A DNA stretch of 64,000 bases. Source: Candidatus Spongiisociaceae bacterium. Lineage in GTDB: Bacteria; Actinomycetota; Acidimicrobiia; Spongiisociales; Spongiisociaceae. The stretch lies in NCBI GenBank assembly GCA_965202665.1, contig OZ241841.1:1856001-1920000 (forward strand), read 5' to 3'. Shown piece by piece: positions 1 to 9,906 of the stretch. Made by a program: the position numbers and the translations under genes. Numbering within the stretch: position 1 is the stretch's first letter; each line of letters starts with the position of its first letter. Below the pieces are notes generated by a model, which was given only the letters and a program-made list of their open reading frames with translations, was not told the DNA's origin and searched no databases.

Positions 1-1
1 A

Positions 2-481
2 TTCGGGGCGGAAAGCCGGTCCCCATTTGGAGATGCAGTGGGCTTCGTCCACCACCGCCAGTTTCACTTCCACCGGTTGCAGCAGGTTCATCATATGGTT
101 TCCCATCAGCCGTTCCGGGGACAGGTAGAGCAGGAAAGGTTCGCCCTGTTGGGAGGCGTATTGGGCTTGGTTCCAAATGTTGCGGTTTTCCTCCCGGGGA
201 TGGGAGGAGTTGATGGCCCCGGCCGGTATTTCGGCCAAGCGCAGGCCCGCCACCTGGTCTTCCATCAGGGAGATGAGCGGCGACACCACCAAGGTCAAAC
301 CCCGCAACAGCAGGGTGGGTATCTGGTAGCAGAGGGATTTGCCCGCCCCGGTGGGCATCACCGCCAACACGTTTACGCCGTCGGACAGGGCGCCGATCAC
401 TTCTTCCTGCCCCGGACGGAACGAGTCGAACCCGAACACTTCCCGCAACGCCCGCCGGGCTCCGTTCTGCGCCCCGTTCAT
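2..481 (-). CDS. recQ: RecQ family DNA helicase, N-terminal part (runs off window start)
   Basis: Own minus-strand translation from ATG at 481: MNGAQNGARRALREVFGFDSFRPGQEEVI...VMPTGAGKSLCYQIP...YLSPERL...VVDEAHCISKWGPAFRPE (RecQ motifs 0, I, II). Confidence 0.93.
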   Translation of the reverse strand, partial: MNGAQNGARRALREVFGFDSFRPGQEEVIGALSDGVNVLAVMPTGAGKSLCYQIPTLLLRGLTLVVSPLISLMEDQVAGLRLAEIPAGAINSSHPREENRNIWNQAQYASQQGEPFLLYLSPERLMGNHMMNLLQPVEVKLAVVDEAHCISKWGPAFRPE

Positions 482-569
482 ACGCCGGTTCCGTTATGTA
501 AAATGTCGTAGTATAATGTTATCATCATAGTTCTTAAACAATCAAACCTTACCTTTTAGGAGGTTGCCT

Positions 570-884
570 ATGAAAATATGCTACATAGACGAAGCAGGCG
601 ACGGCCGCCGTCCGGATCAGCGGGAGGCCGACGTTCCGCCGGTGTTCGTCATCTGCGGCCTGGTGTTGGATAGTAGCAACCTCCCCGACCTGACGGTCGG
701 CCATCTGGCGGCCAAAGCGCGTTTCCGCCCGGCGGCGGGATCACAAGCGCCCGACGGCAACATCCGCAAAGGCGCCCGGGAGTTTCAGTTCCTCCGGTCC
801 TTGGATGCGGTTATGGATTTGCTCGAACGTATTTTCGACGAGCGGTTGGTGCGATTTGATACGGCTATTTTGATGGCGTTATAA
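570..884 (+). CDS. DUF3800-like protein, short and probably internally deleted or truncated
   Basis: N-terminal MKICYIDEAGD...FVICGLV matches the DUF3800 start; AGGAGG RBS; only ~104 aa and no C-terminal QxAD motif. Confidence 0.65.
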   Translation: MKICYIDEAGDGRRPDQREADVPPVFVICGLVLDSSNLPDLTVGHLAAKARFRPAAGSQAPDGNIRKGAREFQFLRSLDAVMDLLERIFDERLVRFDTAILMAL

Positions 885-898
885 TGCAAATCAGTTTG

Positions 899-1009
899 TT
901 ATGGCAGAAATTGCCGCAGTCGGCCTCGCCTGGTGCGTGGTTCGGCGGGTTCTACGGCCACCGTGAATTCGGTAGCCGTAGTTCCTTTTTCGGAGGGTTT
1001 GGGATGCGG
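899..1009 (-). ncRNA. Candidate structured ncRNA, copy 1 (DUF3800-associated RNA-like)
   Basis: Near-identical to 1134-1245; 12-bp stem CUACGGCUACCG/CGGUGGCCGUAG pairs fully (one G-U) only on the minus strand. Confidence 0.55.
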
Positions 1010-1133
1010 AAAGGGTGGTTTGGTGGTCCGTGATTTTGGTTCACAGGAGGCATGGCGGTCTACTCTTCCGGTGAGCCATCTCAGTGAAATATGACTTAAT
1101 CTTTTGGCATGGGTAGATTGCAAGGCAGTTATC

Positions 1134-1245
1134 TTATGGCAAGCAATTTGCCGCAGTCGGCTTCGCCTGGTGCGTGGTTCGGCGGGTTCTACGGCCACCG
1201 TGAATTCGGTAGCCGTAGTTCCTTTTTCGGGGGGTTTGGATGCGG
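1134..1245 (-). ncRNA. Candidate structured ncRNA, copy 2
   Basis: Direct repeat of 899-1009; differences lie mostly in a hairpin loop and the flanks. Confidence 0.55.
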
Positions 1246-1298
1246 GGATGTTTAGGGGCGGCGGAGGCTGGGCGGTCTCGGAGGGAGGGATACCGGGC

Positions 1299-1826
1299 TT
1301 AGTCGGGCAGGTCGGGGTCGGGAAGGTATTCGCCTTCGGAGTCGGCGGGGACGGCTTGGGCGGGGATGAGCAGGATGGGCAGGTTGACGGCCTCCGCCAC
1401 TTTCATGGAAACGCTTTTCCAGGCCGATTCGGTGAACAGGCTGCGGGTGGCCCCCATGATGATGGCCTCCGCCCCGGCGCTGGCCGCGGTTTGCACGATG
1501 GCCTGCGCCACATCGTCGGCTTCCACGAACGCCGTCACCGGGCGGATTCCCCGCTTGCCCAGGGCGGCCAGCATCGGCTCCACCCGGCGGTTCCCCAACT
1601 CTTCTATGTAACGTTCCACCTCCCCGGGCTGGCCGGCTTCCGCCCCCTCCTCCCCGTCTTCGCCTTCAAAAGGCTGCCACCGCCCTCCGGCCAGGTCCAT
1701 CGGCAAATCGCGGGGGGCTTGGACGACGCTCATCACCGTAACCCGGTCGGCTCCGGCCAACCTTCCCGCAAACTCCGCTACCGGCTCCGGGGGCAGCACT
1801 CCGGCGGTGCAAACCAGAATATGCAC
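1299..1826 (-). CDS. Universal stress protein (UspA family)
   Basis: HILVCT N-terminal strand; AQAIVQTA...AIIMGA...SVSMKVAEAVNLPILLIP C-terminal Usp signature. Confidence 0.8.
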   Translation of the reverse strand: MHILVCTAGVLPPEPVAEFAGRLAGADRVTVMSVVQAPRDLPMDLAGGRWQPFEGEDGEEGAEAGQPGEVERYIEELGNRRVEPMLAALGKRGIRPVTAFVEADDVAQAIVQTAASAGAEAIIMGATRSLFTESAWKSVSMKVAEAVNLPILLIPAQAVPADSEGEYLPDPDLPD

Positions 1827-1903
1827 ATGGTCATTTTAGTTGCCGGAGGGGCTTCGGCGTCTCTCAAAACGGCAAAATCCTCCCGCTCGCGGGCCGGGTA
1901 ACA

Positions 1904-2464
1904 TTGGGGGAGGAACCGACCCCCGCCCGACCGGCGGCCCACAGGAGGTGGATTTTGGTAGAACCGGAGATCGCCAACCGGGTGACTTGGATGATCCCCA
2001 ACGCCTTGGCCCTGATCGGCTCCCGGGCGGGGGAGGAATGGAACGGAATGACCGCCTCTTGGATCACGCAGCTGTCGATGGAGCCGGTGATGATCGGCGT
2101 GGGAGTGGACAACGCCGCCGTGACGCACCGGCTGATTGCCGCCGGAGGGTCTTTTACGGTGAATCTGTGGCCGCCGGAGGACACCCGGGTGTTCGTCAAA
2201 TTTTCCAAACCGGCCCGCAAGGAGGGTATGGCTTTGAACGGGCGGGCCATCCGGGAGGGGGCGACCGGGGCTCCCATATTCGAGGAGGCGGCGGCTTGGA
2301 TGGAATGCGAAGTGCGCCGGGCCATCGACTTCGGCACGCACACCCTGTTCGCCGGGGAGTTGGTGGCGGCCGGGGCGCCGGAGGAACCGGTGAGGGTTGC
2401 GGCGATGAGCGACACTCGGATGAAATACGGGGGGGTGCGGCGGGGCGGCCACCACCCCCGCTAG
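1904..2464 (+). CDS. Flavin reductase family protein
   Basis: NGMTASWITQLSMEP, FTVNL, GAPIFEEAAAWMEC, GTHTLFAGE; true start probably the TTG near 1955 after GGAGG. Confidence 0.88.
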   Translation: MGEEPTPARPAAHRRWILVEPEIANRVTWMIPNALALIGSRAGEEWNGMTASWITQLSMEPVMIGVGVDNAAVTHRLIAAGGSFTVNLWPPEDTRVFVKFSKPARKEGMALNGRAIREGATGAPIFEEAAAWMECEVRRAIDFGTHTLFAGELVAAGAPEEPVRVAAMSDTRMKYGGVRRGGHHPR

Positions 2465-2489
2465 TTTCAAACGACGGGAGGTGTGAAAG

Positions 2490-3251
2490 ATGGAAGTTTC
2501 GGCAGACGGCAAAACGGCGGTGGTGACCGGGGCTTCGCGGGGCATCGGGGAGGCGGTGGCGGCCGGGTTGTTGGCGGCCGGGGCGCGGGGGGTGGTGATC
2601 ACCGGCCGCAAACCGGAGAACCTGGCGGAGGCGGCGGAGCGGCTGGCCGAACCGGGGCGGGTGGAGGCGGTGGCCGCCCGGGCCGACACGGAGGAGGGAG
2701 CGGAGGCCGCGGTGGCGGCCGCCATCGACCGTTTCGGCTCCTGCGACATCCTGGTCAACAACGCCGGAACCAACCCGGCCTACGGTCCGCTGGCGGAAGT
2801 CGATCTGGGGGCGTTGGACCGCACCTGGCATGTCAATCTGCGGGGGCCGCTTCTCTACGTCCGGGCCGCTTGGGCCCGCTGGATGAAAGAACACGGGGGG
2901 GTGGTGTGCAACAACGCCTCGGTGGGGGGGCGGACCCCCGCCCACGGCCTGGGGGCTTACAACGTTTCCAAAGCGGGCCTGATTTTCATGACCAAGCAGT
3001 TGGCCTACGAAATGGCCCCGGCGGTGCGGGTGGTGGGGGTGGCCCCGGGGGTGATAAAAACCCGGCTGTCGGAGTTGCTGTGGAAGTCGGACGAGCAGGC
3101 GGCTGGCGACAACCACCCCATGCGCCGCCTGGGAGAACCGCAGGATGTGGCCGGGGCGGTGGTGTTCCTATGCTCGGAGCAGGCCTCCTGGATAACCGGA
3201 GTAACCCTGGACGTAGACGGCGGCCTGACCAACGCCACCGGCTACCTGTAG
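2490..3251 (+). CDS. Short-chain dehydrogenase/reductase
   Basis: TGASRGIG, LVNNAG, YNVSK catalytic motif. Confidence 0.93.
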   Translation: MEVSADGKTAVVTGASRGIGEAVAAGLLAAGARGVVITGRKPENLAEAAERLAEPGRVEAVAARADTEEGAEAAVAAAIDRFGSCDILVNNAGTNPAYGPLAEVDLGALDRTWHVNLRGPLLYVRAAWARWMKEHGGVVCNNASVGGRTPAHGLGAYNVSKAGLIFMTKQLAYEMAPAVRVVGVAPGVIKTRLSELLWKSDEQAAGDNHPMRRLGEPQDVAGAVVFLCSEQASWITGVTLDVDGGLTNATGYL

Positions 3252-3635
3252 CCGCTGGCCGCGAACCCTCCCGTCCGCCTCGACCGGCAAGATCGAAAAA
3301 CGGCCTCTGACCTGCGGAAACACCCCAATTTGACATCCCCGTTCCCGGTATGGTAACTTGACGCCTAATGGCAGGGTTGCGCCCTATGGGCTAATTGGCA
3401 CTGGAGGCCCAGGGCGTAAAAAATAAGCGAAAAAATTTATGAAAAAAATGACGAATTGTCAAATCTCAGAATTTTGAGATTTTTGCGTTTGCGGAGAAAC
3501 CAAATTTTCTTCATTTTTAGGAGAATTTTTGGGAAGAATTCTGAGGGAAATATTTCCCGCAGAGATTTCTAGAGCAGAAAGGAGGTACATTATGTACATC
3601 CCTCCGTAATACTCAAACGAAATGAAAAATAATAC

Positions 3636-3671
3636 GAAATGTTGGGGGCTCGTCAGAGCCCCCAACATTTC
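3636..3671. repeat. Perfect 16-bp inverted repeat
   Basis: GAAATGTTGGGGGCTC-gtca-GAGCCCCCAACATTTC in an AT-rich intergenic region. Confidence 0.85.
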
Positions 3672-3795
3672 TCCACGATTGACAAATGGAGTGAAAAATA
3701 AACTTAAGAAAACGCCAAGTTATATAATAACGGAAAAGGCGCAGGCTCTACGTCGGAGCTGATCGTTAAATTACTAGCAGAACGGAGGTTCTGAT

Positions 3796-4101
3796 ATGAC
3801 GGAGGAAAGAGACTTTCTGCAGGCTGTTTTTAAGCGGACTGCTAAGCCTCTTAGGCAGATTGCCCGACTGATGGAAGTGATCTCTGAAGAAGAGAACGCT
3901 GACGAACAAGACCTCCTGGAGGCTTTGGTGAACCTGGGTCACAGTTTGCACGACCTGGGTGAAAGCTTCCTGGAGTTTATCGACGCTCACAACTCCAAAG
4001 CGCAAATCATAGAGGATAAAGCCGAGAAGCTGTCAAAGCTGTCTTGGAAAGACCGCCGGTGGTTAAAGCAGGCGGGCATCGACTTCGGAAAGGACAAATA
4101 A
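3796..4101 (+). CDS. Hypothetical helical protein
   Basis: GGAGG RBS and ATG, 101 aa; no family recognised. Confidence 0.65.
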   Translation: MTEERDFLQAVFKRTAKPLRQIARLMEVISEEENADEQDLLEALVNLGHSLHDLGESFLEFIDAHNSKAQIIEDKAEKLSKLSWKDRRWLKQAGIDFGKDK

Positions 4102-4336
4102 TGAAACCTTATACAGAACCGTTTACGTGAGCGAATTGTGGCGATGTTTTCGATATGATTAGTCAGCGATGGCCGTACCGTACCTAAAAGTTTCTGAATC
4201 AGGTTTGTGTTAGATGCGGTGAGACCCTTTTTGAAGCAAGAATTATGGCTGATTGAGCAAGTAAGACAGTTCCAGGTACGGGTTGTGAACCCGGACCTGG
4301 GCGACGACCCCTCTTTGAGGGAGAAAGGAAGACACT

Positions 4337-4699
4337 ATGTCTTCAGAAAAAGAGTTCCCTGATGTGGAATTAGCTATAAACAATAACTTGAAATTGTGGA
4401 AGGATCTGGATGAAGCCAACTACTACCTGAATCGATTACAGAGAGTGATACGACACTGCTCCGCGAGGGCAGTAGCCACTGAAAATCAGTATGCGCTCAT
4501 TGATGATTTAGCGAGACAGGTGACTTTCTACAGAAATCACGCTCGTAAAGTTGAAACGAAACTCAAGGAGGCGGAAGCCCGTGCGCGGGTTGCCGAATCG
4601 GCGGTTCGGTTGTACCGGTATACCCGTGTGGAACGGTTTGTGCTCCTTGGTGTCCGTCTAATATTTATAACAAGTCTGATGCTTAGAATTTGTTGCTGA
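4337..4699 (+). CDS. Hypothetical coiled-coil protein with hydrophobic C-terminus
   Basis: AAGGAAG RBS and ATG, 120 aa. Confidence 0.6.
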   Translation: MSSEKEFPDVELAINNNLKLWKDLDEANYYLNRLQRVIRHCSARAVATENQYALIDDLARQVTFYRNHARKVETKLKEAEARARVAESAVRLYRYTRVERFVLLGVRLIFITSLMLRICC

Positions 4700-4752
4700 T
4701 TGAAATGGAACCCGCAGACTGAAAGCCCTACGGGTAGAAAAGAAAATACTTG

Positions 4753-4796
4753 ATATCCGGGGAACCCGTATTTGGGTTCCCCGGATATTTCTTTTT
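4753..4796 (+). terminator. Intrinsic terminator (possibly bidirectional)
   Basis: 15-bp stem ATATCCGGGGAACCC/GGGTTCCCCGGATAT followed by TTCTTTTT; A-tract upstream. Confidence 0.75.
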
Positions 4797-4809
4797 CGTG
4801 GAGGAAATA

Positions 4810-4938
4810 ATGAGCAATAAGTCAAATAAAGAAACAAAGCGGGTGGAACGGGTTATCAATCTGTCCCACTCAGACTGGCGGCTGACCGCTGGCATAGAGA
4901 AAAGAGGAATTTCAAATGTTGTACATAATTATAGATAA
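4810..4938 (+). CDS. Small hypothetical protein (42 aa)
   Basis: GGAGGA RBS before ATG at 4810; overlaps next ORF. Confidence 0.35.
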   Translation: MSNKSNKETKRVERVINLSHSDWRLTAGIEKRGISNVVHNYR

Positions 4939-5140
4939 TGGAAAATGGATAACGGAGGCCTGTTCAGCGACGCAAGCGTTCAAAAATACATTCGGATTGT
5001 TTCCGAAACAGGTAAAAAACGCTGAAGATTTAGGGAAACCGCCCGCCGAAGTGGTCAGTTGTATGGACTTTGGACAGTTTACGAAACTGTCATTCGCGGA
5101 CGGTACCATAGTTCGGGTTGTTCTGAGGAATAATCGCTGA
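4916..5140 (+). CDS. Small hypothetical protein, paralogue of 9907-10146
   Basis: AGAGGA RBS; aligns by eye with the 9907-10146 product. Confidence 0.7.
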   Translation: MLYIIIDNGKWITEACSATQAFKNTFGLFPKQVKNAEDLGKPPAEVVSCMDFGQFTKLSFADGTIVRVVLRNNR

Positions 5141-5206
5141 CCATCTTGTCATTTCGTCGTCTGGCGATGGACGTTGCGAGGGCGGCGGAAAGTCGGGCTT
5201 CGACGG

Positions 5207-8200
5207 TTATCGGTGGGGGCGGCGGGGGGCGGGGCGGGGGTGGCTTGGGTGGGGGGCCGGGGGGCGGTAGGCCAGGCCGCGGGGGGTGGGGGCGAAGCCT
5301 CCTTCGGTTAGGAGTTTGCCCAGGGGGTGGGCGTCGGCTGGTTGGCCGTCGATGGTTTCCAGGCGGAGCCTCCGGTTGCGTTCCCCTATTTCGGAGAGGG
5401 CCGCCGCGGCTGCCGGGTGCAGGTCCGGGTCGGAGGCGAGCAGGGCGGCCCGGCGGCCTCCTTTTTCCAGGAACAGCAACGGGTCCCCGCCGTGCAGTAT
5501 CACGTAAGCCCCGGCGGAGCGGGAAGCCCGGCTTTGGGACTCCTCCGGCCAGGGGAGCAGGGTTCCGTAGGGGTTGGCCGGGTCGGAGGCGGCCAGCACG
5601 GTCGTTTCCGGGTCGGAGGGGGGAGCCCGCAGCCGGTCCACCGCCCCCGCCGACGCGAACTGCAGGCCGCCCATCCCTTCCACGAAATACCCCCGCCGCA
5701 CCTGCCCTGCTCCCTCCATGGCGTCCAAAACGGGAAACAGGGCGGTCAGCCCCCCAGGGATGTTTTCGGCCAGGGCGGCCGCCCGGGTCAGCACGCCGTA
5801 TCGTTCCAGCAGGACATCGCACCAGGCTTTCGCCCAAACGGCGTCGGGGGCCGGTTCGGCCGGCAAATCGGAGACCGGCCACCACCGCCCGGAGGAGGAA
5901 GGCGGAAAACCGGCGGGCAGGCGGGGGCGGCCTTTCGCCGGGCGGCGCACTTTGCCCAGCAACCGGGCCCGCAACGGGGCCAGGGTGTCGTTGGTCACTT
6001 CCCCCGCCCACACCAGATCCCACAGGGCGTTCAGCGTCTCCTCCAATCCCCCCGCCCCGGCTACGGCGGAACAGATGTCCCGGAAAAAAGAGGCCCCCCG
6101 TTCGGCCAGGCACCCCCGGACGGCCTCATGCAAGGCCGCGTCGGGCCGTTCCCCGGCGGGGGGGCGGTGCAGCAGGGCCAGTTGTTCCCGGCGGTAAAGG
6201 GCCACCCGCCCGTCCCGGGGGCCCAGGGAGCCGCATCCCACCCACACTATTTCCCCGGCGGCCATCAACCGGTCCAGCGACTCCGGGGAAAAGTCGCATC
6301 GGGCGGACAGCACGTCCCGTTCCAGAACAGAGGCGGGGATGGCGGCCCCGGTCAGGGAGGCTATCGCCTCCCGCAACGCCCCGGCGGAGCGGCGGCCGGT
6401 GAGGCCCACCCCCTGCCAGGCGGGAAGGAACCGCCCCAAAACCCGTTTTTCCACCGCTTCTATCTCCTGGCGGAGGGCGGCCAGGCTGCGGCGTTTCAGG
6501 CGGCGCAGCACCTCCGCGTCCGCCCACTCCGGACGGCGGGCGGGGCTGAACGACCCTTTCACCACCCGGCCCCGGGTTTCCAAAACACCCAGGGCCGCCT
6601 CCACCGCCCCCGTAGGCAGGCCCAAGCGGCGGGCGGCCTCCCCGGCGGTGAACGGCCCCCGGGTGCGGGCCAGCCGGCCCACCACTTCCAGCAGCGGTTC
6701 GGCCGTCGGTTCCAGAAAAGCGGCGGGGATGCCCGGCGGGGGGGAAACCCCCAAAGCGTCCCGCAGGCGCCCCATGTCTTCGACGGCCGCCCATTGGGGA
6801 CGGCCCGCCACTCGGACGGGAACCGCCCGGCGGGCCGCCTCCAACCCGGCTAGGATGCGGCGGGCGTCGCCCTCCCGCAACCGGGCGGCCACTTCTTCTT
6901 CGGCGAGGGGCCCCAAGGCGGCCAAAAGGTCGGCCACGCCGTCTTCGCCCCGCACCCGGCGGCCCGGGGCCAGCCGTTGCAACTCCATCTCCACCGAAGC
7001 CACCGCCTCCTGGTCCAGCAGTTCCGCCAGTTCCCCTTCCCCCAGCAGCTCCCGCAGCAGGTCCCGGTCCAAGGCGAGGGCGGCCGCCCGCCGTTCGGCC
7101 CGGGGGGCGTCCCCCTCGTACAGGTAGGAGGCGGCGAATTCGAACAGGAGGGAAGAAGCGAACGGCCCGGCCCGTTCCGTTTCCACCTCCACCGTGTGGA
7201 TTTTGCGGGAACGGACATCGGTCAGCGTTTCCACCAAGGCGGGCACGTCGAACGCGTCCTGCAGGATTTCCCGGTAGGTTTCCAACACGATCGGGAAAGA
7301 ACCGTATTGGACGACCGCCGACATCAGGTCGGCCGCCCGCCTCCGTTGCAGCCACAGCGGGGTGCGCCCGCCGGGGTAGCGGCGGGGCAGGAGCAGGGCG
7401 CGGGCGGCGGCCGCCCGGAACAGGGCCGCGAACAGGGCTGTGTCGGGCAGTTCCTCCCACAGCAGGGACTCCGCCTCTTCCGGGTCGATGAGCAGATCGT
7501 CCAAAGAAGGCAGTTCTTCGGCGTCTGCGAAACGGAAAGTGATGCCGTCGTCGCTCCACACGATGTCCATGTCCCGCCCGTAGCGCTCCCGCAGCCGGCG
7601 GCCCAGGGCCATCGCCCACGGGGCGTGCACTTTCGCCCCCCGCGCCGACAGCAGAACGATTCGCCAGTCGCCGATTTCGTCCCGGAAACGCTGCACCACC
7701 AGGGTGCGGTCGGTGGGCAGCGCCCCGCTGGCCTCTTTTTCCTCGGCCAGGAAGGAAACCAGGTTGCGGGCCGCCCATTCGTCCAGGCGGTAGCGCCCCC
7801 GCAGTTCCGCCTGCGCCGCCTCCGGCTCCAAAGCGGAAATTTCGGCTACGAACCGGCCGATGGCCAAACCGGTTTCCAAAGGCCTGCCCTCCCGGTCGCC
7901 CCTCCAGAAAGGCATCCGCCCGGCCGCTTCCCCCGGGGCGGGAACCACCTCCACCCGGTCGGGGGTGATGTCGGTGATGCGCCAGGCGGAGGCGCCGAGG
8001 ATGAACGCGTCCCCCGGCCGGGACTCGTACACCATCTCCTCGTCCAACTCCCCCACCCGGGCCCCGTCCGGCAGGTTGACGCTGAACAGGCCCCGGTCGG
8101 GGATGGTCCCCGGATTGGTGACCGCCAGCCGGTGGGTTCCGGAACGGGCGGTCAGGGTTTGGCTCAGGCGGTCCCACACCAGGCGGGGGCGCAGTTCCCC

Positions 8201-9763
8201 GAACAGTTCCGCCGGGTAGCGTCCGGCCAGCATGTCCAGAACCGACTCGTAGGAGGCCCGCCCCAGATCCCGGTAGGGGGCGGCCCGGCGCACCAGCCGG
8301 AACAGCTGGTCGGCGTCCCAAGGTTCCATGGCCGTCATGGCCGCGATTTGCTGGGCCAGCACGTCCAACGGGTTGCGGGGGACGGACAGCGACTCCACCC
8401 GCCCGGCCAGGCAGCGGTCGGCCACCACCGCCGCCTCCAGCAGGTCGCCCCGGTATTTGGGGAATATTTTGGCGACGCTGACCGCCCCCGCCCGATGCCC
8501 GGCCCGGCCCATCCGCTGCAGGCCGGAGATGACGCTGGCGGGCGACTCGATTTGGATCACCAGGTCGACCGCCCCCATGTCGATTCCCAACTCCAAGGTG
8601 GAGGTGGCTACCACCGCCGGCAGCCGCCCCTGTTTCAGCGCTTCCTCGATTTGCAGGAGCTGCTCCCGGGAAACCGACCCATGGTGGGCGCGGGCTATCT
8701 CCTCCCCTGCCAACTCGTTCAATTCGGCGCATAATCGTTCCGCCAAGCGGCGGGAGTTGGCGAACACGATGGTGGAGCGGTTGGCCCGGATCAGTTCCAG
8801 CACCTTCGGGTAGACGGAAGGCCAGATGGAGCGGAAGCCGTGGTGGGAGGGGTCCGACCGCAAAGGGTCGGGGGGAGCGGGGGCGGCCATGTCCTCCACC
8901 GGCACCACCAGTTCCAAATCCAGGTTGCGGTCGCCGGGGATGTCCACGATGGCCACCGGGCGCGGCTCCCAAACGTCCCGTTCGCCTTCGCCCGGCGGCG
9001 CCGGCTCTTCGGGGGCGGGGCCGGGGGCGTCCCGGGGGGCGGTCTGGCCGGCCGGGGGCGGGGGAGGGGCGGGGCGGAGGACGCCCCCTCCTATAAATTC
9101 GGCCACCGCCGACAGGGGGCGCTGGGTGGCGGACAGGCCGATCCGTTGCGGCGGCCGTTCGGTCAGTTCCTCCAAACGTTCCAGGGACAGGGCCAAATGC
9201 GATCCCCGTTTGGCGGCGGCCACCGCATGGACTTCGTCCAGGATCACCCACCGCACCGAACCCAAAACGGCCCGGGCGGCGCTGGTGAGCAGCAGGTAGA
9301 AGGATTCGGGGGTGGTGATGAGGATGTCGGGCGGGGCGCGCCGCATCCGCCGCCGTTGGTCGGGCGGGGTGTCGCCGGTGCGGATGGCGGCCGTTACCTC
9401 CGCCAGCGGTCCCAGCCCGTCCCGTTCGGCGGTGCGGCGGATGCCGGCCAGCGGGGCCCGCAAGTTGCGTTCCACATCGTGGGCCAGGGCTTTCATCGGG
9501 GAGATGTAGAGGGCCCGGCAACGGCGGGCGGCGTCCGGTTCCGGCTCGGTCAGCAGGCGGTCCAAGGCGTAGAGGAAGGCGGCCAGGGTTTTGCCCGACC
9601 CGGTGGGGGCGTGGATAAGGGTGTGCCCGCCGGAGGCGATGACCGGCCAACCCCGTTCCTGGGCCGGGGTGGGCGCGGCGAATGCCTCCGAAAACCAGGC
9701 GGCTGCGGCGGCGGTGAACATTTCCAGTCCCATGCCCGCAAGCGTAACCGCCCCCCGTGACAA
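5207..9763 (-). CDS. lhr: Lhr-family ATP-dependent helicase with extended C-terminal region
   Basis: APTGSGKT, TTPES, LDEVH, LSAT, AHHGS, ATSTLELGIDMG, QRMGRAGH; C-terminal GELVW/RRGYFVEG/AASDPANPYG typical of long Lhr; start may be 9733. Confidence 0.95.
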   Translation of the reverse strand: MSRGAVTLAGMGLEMFTAAAAAWFSEAFAAPTPAQERGWPVIASGGHTLIHAPTGSGKTLAAFLYALDRLLTEPEPDAARRCRALYISPMKALAHDVERNLRAPLAGIRRTAERDGLGPLAEVTAAIRTGDTPPDQRRRMRRAPPDILITTPESFYLLLTSAARAVLGSVRWVILDEVHAVAAAKRGSHLALSLERLEELTERPPQRIGLSATQRPLSAVAEFIGGGVLRPAPPPPPAGQTAPRDAPGPAPEEPAPPGEGERDVWEPRPVAIVDIPGDRNLDLELVVPVEDMAAPAPPDPLRSDPSHHGFRSIWPSVYPKVLELIRANRSTIVFANSRRLAERLCAELNELAGEEIARAHHGSVSREQLLQIEEALKQGRLPAVVATSTLELGIDMGAVDLVIQIESPASVISGLQRMGRAGHRAGAVSVAKIFPKYRGDLLEAAVVADRCLAGRVESLSVPRNPLDVLAQQIAAMTAMEPWDADQLFRLVRRAAPYRDLGRASYESVLDMLAGRYPAELFGELRPRLVWDRLSQTLTARSGTHRLAVTNPGTIPDRGLFSVNLPDGARVGELDEEMVYESRPGDAFILGASAWRITDITPDRVEVVPAPGEAAGRMPFWRGDREGRPLETGLAIGRFVAEISALEPEAAQAELRGRYRLDEWAARNLVSFLAEEKEASGALPTDRTLVVQRFRDEIGDWRIVLLSARGAKVHAPWAMALGRRLRERYGRDMDIVWSDDGITFRFADAEELPSLDDLLIDPEEAESLLWEELPDTALFAALFRAAAARALLLPRRYPGGRTPLWLQRRRAADLMSAVVQYGSFPIVLETYREILQDAFDVPALVETLTDVRSRKIHTVEVETERAGPFASSLLFEFAASYLYEGDAPRAERRAAALALDRDLLRELLGEGELAELLDQEAVASVEMELQRLAPGRRVRGEDGVADLLAALGPLAEEEVAARLREGDARRILAGLEAARRAVPVRVAGRPQWAAVEDMGRLRDALGVSPPPGIPAAFLEPTAEPLLEVVGRLARTRGPFTAGEAARRLGLPTGAVEAALGVLETRGRVVKGSFSPARRPEWADAEVLRRLKRRSLAALRQEIEAVEKRVLGRFLPAWQGVGLTGRRSAGALREAIASLTGAAIPASVLERDVLSARCDFSPESLDRLMAAGEIVWVGCGSLGPRDGRVALYRREQLALLHRPPAGERPDAALHEAVRGCLAERGASFFRDICSAVAGAGGLEETLNALWDLVWAGEVTNDTLAPLRARLLGKVRRPAKGRPRLPAGFPPSSSGRWWPVSDLPAEPAPDAVWAKAWCDVLLERYGVLTRAAALAENIPGGLTALFPVLDAMEGAGQVRRGYFVEGMGGLQFASAGAVDRLRAPPSDPETTVLAASDPANPYGTLLPWPEESQSRASRSAGAYVILHGGDPLLFLEKGGRRAALLASDPDLHPAAAAALSEIGERNRRLRLETIDGQPADAHPLGKLLTEGGFAPTPRGLAYRPPAPHPSHPRPAPRRPHR

Positions 9764-9906
9764 AACCCCCGCCCCCTTCCCGCTTTGGGAGGGCCCAGGC
9801 TAGTTCGAAGGAGCGTCCAAGCCGCGTCCTCGCCAACGAAGAACTTCCCGTAGTCGCGGGCTGGCCGCCCCCGGATCGAACCGGGGGACGGACCCAGCCT
9901 CTCCCC

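Noticed and set aside
899-1198. 99-aa minus-strand ORF
   Set aside because: It is just a translation of the duplicated structured element, with no protein-like features
3300-3360. CCTCTGACCTGCGGAAAC motif and nearby TTGACA as an att site or promoter at the island edge
   Set aside because: Single copy with no partner site or recombinase seen; -10 element weak
3459-3668. 69-aa minus-strand ORF
   Set aside because: Low-complexity AT-rich sequence starting within a hairpin; no support for coding
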